Shown piece after piece: positions 1 to 6,008 of a stretch of 64,000 nucleotides of DNA. The notes under the pieces are model-generated. The model did no database searches. It was not told the DNA's origin and was given only the letters and a program-made list of their open reading frames with translations. This DNA comes from Patescibacteria group bacterium (GTDB lineage: Bacteria > Patescibacteriota > Kazan-3B-28): NCBI GenBank assembly GCA_028717565.1, contig JAQUNP010000001.1, positions 229,996 to 293,995 on the forward strand, written 5' to 3'. The position numbers were made by a program, and so were the translations under genes. Each line of letters starts with the position of its first letter. The first letter of the stretch is position 1.

Positions 1-753
1 ATGAAATGATGGCACACCCAACACCAAATGAGCTTGGTCACTTTTTTTATAAATGACTTTCAGTTTTTTGTGGTGCTTTTTGAAAGAGTAGGGGACTGGC
101 TGATTTTTCTTACCACCTTTCTCATAGGGGAAGTATTTTTTGGCCAACCGATTGGCATCTTTTTGGGCAATGCCTCCCACTACCATTAAAACGATGTTTT
201 TTGGAGTATACAGGCGTTGGCGATAATCGCTGAAATCCTTGGATTGTAAGCGTTTGATAACCTCTGGCAGCCCCAAGGTCGTCCAGCCCAATGGATGGTC
301 ACCGAAGAGCAAAGATTCAAAGTCATCCCAAATGCCACGAATGGGGGTATCGTTCTTCATGTTCATTTCCTCTAAAATCACCCCCCTTTCTCGATTCAGA
401 GCATCTTTATCGAAGTGGGCGTTTAAAAGCATATCGGAGAGAACATCAAAGGCGGTCTCTACCTTATTTTTGGCAACTCGCACGTAGTAACCGACGAATT
501 CGTCGTCAGTAAAAGCATTGAACTCGCCACCGATACCATCGACGGTTTCCGAAACCGCTCGAGGTGTCGGGTAGCGTTTACCACCTTTAAAAAACATATG
601 CTCCAAAAAATGAGCGATGCCGTTAATACGTTTGGTCTCATAGCGAGAACCGGCCCGGATGTGAACCATCACGGTGACGGCTTCGGTGGACTGCATTGGA
701 ATAGTGAGAACTCTCATCCCGTTAGGGAGGGTGGTTTTTTTGATTTTTAACAT
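1..753 (-). CDS. M16 (pitrilysin/insulinase) family zinc peptidase, N-terminal part; gene runs off the window start
   Basis: Not in the ORF track because it is open at the edge. My translation from ATG at 753: MLKIKKTTLPNGMRVLTIPMQSTEAVTVMVHIRAGSRYE...GIAHFLEHMFFKGG, which contains the HxxEH zinc motif of M16 peptidases. Confidence 0.85.
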   Translation of the reverse strand, partial: MLKIKKTTLPNGMRVLTIPMQSTEAVTVMVHIRAGSRYETKRINGIAHFLEHMFFKGGKRYPTPRAVSETVDGIGGEFNAFTDDEFVGYYVRVAKNKVETAFDVLSDMLLNAHFDKDALNRERGVILEEMNMKNDTPIRGIWDDFESLLFGDHPLGWTTLGLPEVIKRLQSKDFSDYRQRLYTPKNIVLMVVGGIAQKDANRLAKKYFPYEKGGKKNQPVPYSFKKHHKKLKVIYKKSDQAHLVLGVPSFH

Positions 754-755
754 AG

Positions 756-780
756 AAAAAAAGCTGATGATATATCAGCT
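756..780 (-). terminator. hairpin plus T-run ending 2 nt before the peptidase ATG
   Basis: Minus strand reads AGCTGAT-atatc-ATCAGCT followed by TTTTTT. Confidence 0.5.
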
Positions 781-800
781 ATTATCTTAGCACAAAGTGA

Positions 801-831
801 AGGCCGCCCGAGGTAGAACCAAGGGCGGCCT
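801..831 (-). terminator. GC-rich hairpin downstream of the 70-aa ORF
   Basis: AGGCCGCCC (801-809) pairs with GGGCGGCCT (823-831), 13-nt loop; the tail is not very T-rich. Confidence 0.5.
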
Positions 832-863
832 CTAGGGAGGTCGAATAGCCATGGATGTGCCTC

Positions 864-1076
864 CTACTTGTCGTAGACGGCGATAATTTCCACCTGGCCG
901 TCGTCCGTCCGCTGTGCTGTGAAACCATTCCGCGCCATATCTGTAGAGATGTACACCGAGTCTTGGGGCACAACTCCGACATACTCGAGGAACGGCTTGC
1001 CGTCGGGGTTAACGAACTGCAGAATGCTGCAGATAACCGCCACGGCGACTAGAATCCAGAGGCTGCGAATAGACAT
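864..1076 (-). CDS. hypothetical small secreted/membrane-anchored protein (70 aa), high-GC cassette A1
   Basis: ORF track. N-terminal hydrophobic signal-like segment (SLWILVAVAVICSIL). GGAGGG SD (1082-1087) 5 nt before the ATG, with its own promoter and terminator. No family recognised. Confidence 0.5.
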   Translation of the reverse strand: MSIRSLWILVAVAVICSILQFVNPDGKPFLEYVGVVPQDSVYISTDMARNGFTAQRTDDGQVEIIAVYDK

Positions 1077-1182
1077 TTTGACCCTCCAATAGGGTGCATC
1101 CTCACAATAGACCGAGGTTGTCTCGGTAATCGGTGTCGAGGCATAATTTACCCCTTATAGGGGCATACCACCGATTGCTCTC
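1077..1182 (-). promoter_or_regulatory. structured ~105-nt 5' leader of cassette A1
   Basis: 8-bp stem AATCGGTG (1128-1135) / CACCGATT (1169-1176) encloses CCCCT-ata-AGGGG. Next comes ACCGAG-acaac-CTCGGT, then CCCT-attgg-AGGG overlapping the SD. Confidence 0.4.
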
Positions 1183-1234
1183 ATTGTACCGCGTTTCCAC
1201 CTTTTTGTCAAGAGTTTTGTCGCTCCCAGAGCGC
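1183..1234 (-). promoter_or_regulatory. sigma70-type promoter of cassette A1 with shared upstream module
   Basis: Minus strand: GCGCTCTGGGAGCGACAAAACTC-TTGACA(1211-1206)-17 nt-TACAAT(1188-1183). The 29-mer at 1234-1206 matches 52275-52303 at 27/29 positions. Confidence 0.7.
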
Positions 1235-1354
1235 ATTTCTCGCAACTCCAAAGAAGTTGCAGTCCCGAAGCACTGAGGGATTTTCCATACACCTGAAAAC
1301 CATCCCGAGCCTGCCGAGTGACCACCCCTCAATTCTTCTTCGGGGTTCTTCGAA

Positions 1355-1389
1355 TAAAAAACTGCCCTGACACGCGAACGTGTCAGGGC
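1355..1389 (-). terminator. strong intrinsic terminator of the 69-aa ORF
   Basis: Minus strand GCCCTGACACG-ttcg-CGTGTCAGGGC followed by AGTTTTTTATT. Confidence 0.8.
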
Positions 1390-1413
1390 GATACAACAAG
1401 CCGGTAATCCCCG

Positions 1414-1623
1414 TTAACCTTCCTCTACACAAGCCGCGTGTCCGATGCTGCTAGCCGCCGTACCCCCCGGCTGACTTGCAGCAACTAGACCCGTGGCACC
1501 ACAGCCGCCACAGACAGCTGTGGCTCCCGTGGCGATGTTTCTGACGCCACAGGTCTTGCATCTGACTCGGCTACCACCGAGCGGGATGAATTGTGACTTC
1601 AGTTTCTTTGGTCCTTTGCCCAT
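1414..1623 (-). CDS. hypothetical small Cys/Gly/Ala-rich protein (69 aa), CxxC-x13-CxxC zinc-ribbon-like, cassette A2
   Basis: In-frame ATG at 1623 (MGKGPKKLKSQF...) preceded by GAGG 8 nt upstream; the ORF track starts 11 codons earlier. Own promoter and terminator. No family recognised. Confidence 0.45.
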   Translation of the reverse strand: MGKGPKKLKSQFIPLGGSRVRCKTCGVRNIATGATAVCGGCGATGLVAASQPGGTAASSIGHAACVEEG

Positions 1624-1699
1624 AGGCAATACCTCACAAATAGGGGATTGGTGCAATCAGTTGATAACAACTGAGCGCCCAAAATTTGGACGCTCGGTT

Positions 1700-1728
1700 A
1701 TTTAACCACAAAGTAGGGGAGAGGTCAA
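1700..1728 (-). promoter_or_regulatory. promoter of cassette A2, starting 2 nt after the rny stop
   Basis: TTGACC(1728-1723)-17 nt-TTAAAT(1705-1700). Followed by the palindrome GAGCG-t-CCAAA-ttt-TGG-g-CGCTC. Confidence 0.5.
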
Positions 1729-1730
1729 TC

Positions 1731-3278
1731 CTATTTAGCGATGGCCTCGGCTCTAGTTTCTCGGATGACGTTGACTTTGACTTGCCCGGGATAGGTCATT
1801 TCTTTCTCGATTTGTTTGGCAATATTGGTAGCCATTTTAGCCGCTTCCAAATCGTCAACTTTTTCTGGCTGGACCATAATGCGAATCTCACGACCGGCTT
1901 GGATAGCAAAGGCCTTGGCCACGCCCTCATAGCTCGTAGCGATAGTTTCAAGATCGTGCAGACGCTTTACAAAACTTTCGGCAGATTCACGCCTGGCCCC
2001 TGGCCGAGCAGCGGAGATGGCATCGGCGGCCATGGTAATGAAATCGAGTGGTGTAGAGGGGCCACCGAAACCTTCATGGCTGACCTCCAGCGCGTGGACG
2101 ATTGGTTCGGGTAGATTGTACTTTTTGGCGATATCTCGCGAGAGGTCAATATGGCTGCCTTCGTACTCGTGATCGAGGGCCTTGCCGATGTCGTGCATCA
2201 AGGCAGCTAGTTTGACCATGCGCAAGTCCTTCATCCCCAATTGGCTGGCTAACATAGCAGCAATATGACCGGCCTCGACGGAATGCCTTAAGACATTTTG
2301 ACCGTAGCTGGTTCGAAACTCCAGTCGGCCGATGATTTTAATAAGGTCGGGGTTAAGACCAGTTAGGCCCAACTCCAACACGGCAGCTTCGCCAGCTTTT
2401 TTCATTTCTTGGTTGATGCTATCCTCGGCTTTCTTTAGCAGCTCCTCAATGCGTGCCGGTTGGATGCGGCCGTCTTTGACCAGTTGCTCTAAAGCCCTTT
2501 TGGCAATATGGCGGCGGATTGGATCGAACCCTGAGATAGTCACCACATCGGGAGTATCGTCGATGATAAGATCGACACCAGAGGCCTTTTCAAAGGCCTG
2601 AATATTGCGACCTTCTTTGCCGATAATACGGCCTTTTATTTCATCGTTGGGCAAGGCCACATTGAAGGTAGTGTTTTCGGTAGCCACTTCTGAAGCGTAG
2701 CGCTGAATGGATTCGGCAATAATCTCTCTGGCTTTCTCGTCAGCTGTTTCTCTAGCTTCGGATTCGATGGATTTGATCATGGCCAAAAGCTCGTCTTTGT
2801 ATTCTTTTTCTAAACGAGCAAAGAGCTGCTCTTTGGCTTGCTCGGTAGGCAGCTTGGCTACTTCTTCAAGCTTTTTGAGTTGCTTGTCTTTGATCTCTAA
2901 GATCTCATCGCGGACACTTAAAATTTCCTTATCTTTTTTTAAGACCGCTTCTTTTTGTTTTTCTAGCTCGTCCATTTTTTTATCCAAGTTTTCGTCCTTG
3001 GTTAAAAGCCGCTTTTCTAAAGCGGAGAGCTCTTCGCGTCGATCACGCTCTTCCTTATCGATTTTGTCACGAAGCTTGGTGGCCTCTTCTTTGGCTTTTA
3101 AGACCACGGCCTTGGCCTCATTGTCGGCCTCGGCGAACTTTTCTTTGGCTTTGGCCAGAATCTTGTTGGCCTCACGCTCAGCGTTGCTAATCTTTTGCCC
3201 AGTCAGCAAACTTTTGGCAAAGTAGCCCAAAGCTAGCCCCACAAGCAGCGCCAATGCCCCGATTACAATGTTTGTCAT
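1731..3278 (-). CDS. rny: ribonuclease Y
   Basis: 515 aa: N-terminal TM, long E/K coiled coil, KH domain (GRIIGKEGRNI), HD domain (LMHDIGKA). AGGAGG SD. Confidence 0.95.
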   Translation of the reverse strand: MTNIVIGALALLVGLALGYFAKSLLTGQKISNAEREANKILAKAKEKFAEADNEAKAVVLKAKEEATKLRDKIDKEERDRREELSALEKRLLTKDENLDKKMDELEKQKEAVLKKDKEILSVRDEILEIKDKQLKKLEEVAKLPTEQAKEQLFARLEKEYKDELLAMIKSIESEARETADEKAREIIAESIQRYASEVATENTTFNVALPNDEIKGRIIGKEGRNIQAFEKASGVDLIIDDTPDVVTISGFDPIRRHIAKRALEQLVKDGRIQPARIEELLKKAEDSINQEMKKAGEAAVLELGLTGLNPDLIKIIGRLEFRTSYGQNVLRHSVEAGHIAAMLASQLGMKDLRMVKLAALMHDIGKALDHEYEGSHIDLSRDIAKKYNLPEPIVHALEVSHEGFGGPSTPLDFITMAADAISAARPGARRESAESFVKRLHDLETIATSYEGVAKAFAIQAGREIRIMVQPEKVDDLEAAKMATNIAKQIEKEMTYPGQVKVNVIRETRAEAIAK

Positions 3279-3367
3279 ATTGACCTCCTGACACAGATTT
3301 CAGAAAGCGAGCTCACACACTCAAAGTCGGGAAGAGTGAAGTGAACCTCCTTAAAGCGCCAACCCTT

Positions 3368-3410
3368 AGAAAAAGAAAATGAAGCTGGAGACCTCTAAAC
3401 CTGGCTCCAG
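3368..3410 (-). terminator. terminator/attenuator-like hairpin inside the rny upstream region
   Basis: Minus strand CTGGAG-ccaggtttagaggt-CTCCAG followed by CTTCATTTTCTTTTTC; lies ~90 nt upstream of the rny ATG. Confidence 0.4.
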
Positions 3411-3575
3411 GACATCAAAAAATGAAACGACTGGTTCTGCAATTAAGGCAAGTAGTAAGCTCATGCTCTGAAATGAATTTTTTAAATATAGATGATCGAA
3501 AGGGTATCTCTTGTCTGCTTCTTCCAATCACTCATAATGTATGCTTTTTAGATTTGGCAGTCAAATAAAATGTGA

Positions 3576-3606
3576 AGCCCCCGCTTCCAAGTGGCGAGTG
3601 GGGGCT
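3576..3606 (-). terminator. hairpin downstream of the 161-aa ORF
   Basis: AGCCCCC ... GGGGGCT 7-bp stem followed on the minus strand by TCACATTTTATTT. Confidence 0.55.
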
Positions 3607-3631
3607 GATGGCAACACAAAGGAGTGCGCGC

Positions 3632-4117
3632 TTACGACTGAACTGCCCGGGAGACCGTGCCGTCGGGGAAATACTTGGCGACCGGACACCAAATCGAGCT
3701 GCCACTCATGTCGCGGTCATAGAGGCATACCTCCTGGCCGCAGACCATGGCGACCGCTGCCAGCGCACGGTGACCGGGTGCAGCGAGCCCGTCCTGGATG
3801 ATGGGAATACCATCGAGCCCGCGGTAGCGTAGGTAGGCCGGCAGACCGTCTGCATCGTCCTGGATGGCTAACATGAGACTATCCAATCGGCTCTCCCCGC
3901 CTACCAGGAGAGAGAGCTGCGGCTGACTGGCCAAGCTGGTGAACTGTGGCGGAAACCGTCTGGCCTGCATGGCGCGGTCGATTTCGGTGCGGTCCTCGGG
4001 CGAGAGCGCTGTCGTACGCTCTGTCCAGGAACCACTGCCCTGCAGAGCCAGTGACTCTGGCTGGGGTACCGCAATCCCAGCACCGAACGCTGCGTCTGCG
4101 AAGCTGCTGTCACACAT
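3632..4117 (-). CDS. hypothetical protein (161 aa), high-GC cassette B
   Basis: ORF track. GAGGAG SD (4124-4129) 6 nt before the ATG. Alternative-frame ORFs overlap it, as expected for high GC. No domain recognised. Confidence 0.5.
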   Translation of the reverse strand: MCDSSFADAAFGAGIAVPQPESLALQGSGSWTERTTALSPEDRTEIDRAMQARRFPPQFTSLASQPQLSLLVGGESRLDSLMLAIQDDADGLPAYLRYRGLDGIPIIQDGLAAPGHRALAAVAMVCGQEVCLYDRDMSGSSIWCPVAKYFPDGTVSRAVQS

Positions 4118-4159
4118 ACGCTGCTCCTCGTCGTTGAGATGAACATTACTTACGTTGCC

Positions 4160-4208
4160 ACGGTACGTCTTTATTTACTACCCGTCAAGATTTTGGCCAT
4201 GAGAACGC
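4160..4208 (-). promoter_or_regulatory. putative promoter of cassette B with a diverged copy of the shared module
   Basis: Minus strand GCGTTCTCATGGCCAAAATC-TTGACG(4188-4183)-17 nt-TACCGT(4165-4160). The -10 is weak. Confidence 0.4.
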
Positions 4209-4470
4209 ATAAATCACTCACGGCGCCAGTATCTTTGTTTCCGTTTTTTAACACCAACCGCCAGTCGGCGCTTCATATTCACATTTTGAGGATCATGCCT
4301 GGACTTGGACTAGCCAACCCACGCCAGGGGCCGTTAACGTGGTGATTGTAGAAGAGGAAATAAATCTTCTGCCATCGTCAACACTACCACTGCCAGCAGC
4401 TGGGGCGCCTTTGAGAATGTGGATGGGAATTGGCTTGATGAGTTTCTGTCTGGCCTCTATGCTGGTGTGG

Positions 4471-4476
4471 TATAGA
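4471..4476 (+). promoter_or_regulatory. -10 box of a leaderless tsaE transcript
   Basis: TGg-TATAGA, then 7 nt, then ATG(4484); no SD. Confidence 0.5.
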
Positions 4477-4483
4477 TTCAACA

Positions 4484-4960
4484 ATGAAATTTATCACCAA
4501 TAGTTTGGCCGAGACCCACACGTTGGGGGAGAAGATGGGCAAAAAATTGAAGGGCGATGAGACCATCGCTTTGATTGGCGATTTGGGTGCAGGCAAGACC
4601 GCCTTCGTGCAAGGACTAGCCAAAGGATTGGGCGCCAAAGCCGCTGTGACAAGCCCAACATTTGTATTAGAAAAGATTTATAAGGGCACGGGAAACAGAA
4701 TGCTGCATCATTTTGATGTTTATAGGATTGAGGGAGAAGATGTCGGCAGCACAGGATTGCTAGAAATCTTGGGAGAGGTCGCCGACCCAGGGGAATCTCT
4801 GACCCGGAGGGGGATAGTGGTAATTGAATGGGCCGACAAGATCAAAAGTGTCTTGCCCCGTGATACGATTTGGATACGGATAATGCATCCGAGCGAAACC
4901 AAGCGCGAATTTATATTTGATATTCCTGAAAGTCGAGACTATCTACGCTATATAGCGTAA
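4484..4960 (+). CDS. tsaE: tRNA t6A37 biosynthesis ATPase TsaE
   Basis: 158 aa; P-loop GDLGAGKT and the SPTF motif typical of TsaE/YjeE. Confidence 0.9.
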   Translation: MKFITNSLAETHTLGEKMGKKLKGDETIALIGDLGAGKTAFVQGLAKGLGAKAAVTSPTFVLEKIYKGTGNRMLHHFDVYRIEGEDVGSTGLLEILGEVADPGESLTRRGIVVIEWADKIKSVLPRDTIWIRIMHPSETKREFIFDIPESRDYLRYIA

Positions 4961-4974
4961 TTACTAGACAAGAT

Positions 4975-5595
4975 ATGAAAAGAAATATTTTGGGTATTGA
5001 TACCAGCCGGCCGGTGACAGTTATTTCACTGAATGGCAAGACAGTGGCATGGGAATCTATACGCAACCAGTCGCAAGAGCTGTTGCCAAAAATCGATAAG
5101 CTCATCACAAGCCAAAAGCTTAAACCCGAAGCTTTAACGGGTGTAGTGGTGAATCTAGGCCCCGGTTCCTTTACCGGCTTGAGAGTGGGCATAACTATTG
5201 CCAATGGATTTGGCTATGGCCTAAAAATTCCAGTAGTGGGCTTGAGTGAATTCGAGATCATCAAAAAACTATACCCGAAAGTTGATTGGATAATTTTAGA
5301 CGCAAAGCGAGACGAGCTTTTTGTCCAGCACAAATCTGCCCAACCAGAGCTGATGAGCGTGGAAGCGTTTGGCCAAAAGCTAAAAAAGAGTGAGCGTGTA
5401 TACATCGATGACTATCGACTAATTAAACTACTACACGACGCTTTGAAGGGAGTGGCTACAATCTACATCCCAAACTTGTCGCGCGAAGAAAAGATGGCTG
5501 CGATGCTCGCTGTTGCCAAGCTGCCCAAGCGTTTCAGCCAAGTGCTTCCACTTTATTTACGTGGAGCCAACATCACACAACCCAAGAAAAGGTAA
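4975..5595 (+). CDS. tsaB: tRNA t6A37 biosynthesis protein TsaB (YeaZ)
   Basis: 206 aa; ILGIDTS and GPGSFTGLRVG motifs; sits next to tsaE. Confidence 0.85.
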   Translation: MKRNILGIDTSRPVTVISLNGKTVAWESIRNQSQELLPKIDKLITSQKLKPEALTGVVVNLGPGSFTGLRVGITIANGFGYGLKIPVVGLSEFEIIKKLYPKVDWIILDAKRDELFVQHKSAQPELMSVEAFGQKLKKSERVYIDDYRLIKLLHDALKGVATIYIPNLSREEKMAAMLAVAKLPKRFSQVLPLYLRGANITQPKKR

Positions 5596-5596
5596 G

Positions 5597-5619
5597 CCCC
5601 GATTCACCTGGAACCGGGG
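5597..5619. terminator. bidirectional hairpin between convergent genes
   Basis: CCCCG (5597-5601) / CGGGG (5615-5619) between the tsaB stop and the stop of the 115-aa ORF. Confidence 0.5.
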
Positions 5620-5620
5620 A

Positions 5621-5968
5621 TTAGAAACCAACTAGGAAGCGAGTGGTTTTGCCTTCTAAAATGGCTTGGCCTAAAGGGATTTCTTCGGCCGCTTGAAAGT
5701 TAGCTGGGTTGTTTAAAATATCTTGAACGTACTTTTGGTATGCAAAGTTCTCCGGTATTGCAGTCGGTTCGAGCATCGTCACTACTGGCGCCGCCTCTAC
5801 TGGAGCGATGGCCGCTTCGGCCATGGCAGCTAGACCAGTGTGGCCACACAAAACATTAATTTCTTCACGGAAGAGAACGATACCTACCAACAAAATATAA
5901 CCCGTCACAATGAAGCCGATCATAGTCGGACTAAGTAGGCGGCGGATTGTGTTGGGGAGGTAGGTCAT
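5621..5968 (-). CDS. hypothetical single-TM protein (115 aa), co-oriented 40 nt downstream of the giant gene
   Basis: ORF track; one hydrophobic helix (MIGFIVTGYILLVGIVLF); no terminator between it and the giant gene. Confidence 0.55.
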   Translation of the reverse strand: MTYLPNTIRRLLSPTMIGFIVTGYILLVGIVLFREEINVLCGHTGLAAMAEAAIAPVEAAPVVTMLEPTAIPENFAYQKYVQDILNNPANFQAAEEIPLGQAILEGKTTRFLVGF

Positions 5969-6008
5969 CTTTTTGGTTTTTATTTTTTGTTTTTTTAAAG
6001 TAAGCGCT

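Noticed and set aside
1102-1432. Minus-strand ORFs of 76 aa and 74 aa between the two island-A genes
   Set aside because: They overlap the A2 terminator and the A1 promoter and leader, and have no SD. They are most likely chance frames in GC-rich non-coding sequence.
2707-3225. 172-aa plus-strand ORF (Ser/Leu/Ala-rich) inside rny; similar long antisense ORFs at 1686-2114, 9306-10076, 11322-11765, 28597-29115, 29018-29452, 39968-40411 and 52860-53333
   Set aside because: All lie antisense to or out of frame with long, well-supported genes. They have low-complexity composition and no promoter or SD signals, so they are shadow ORFs.
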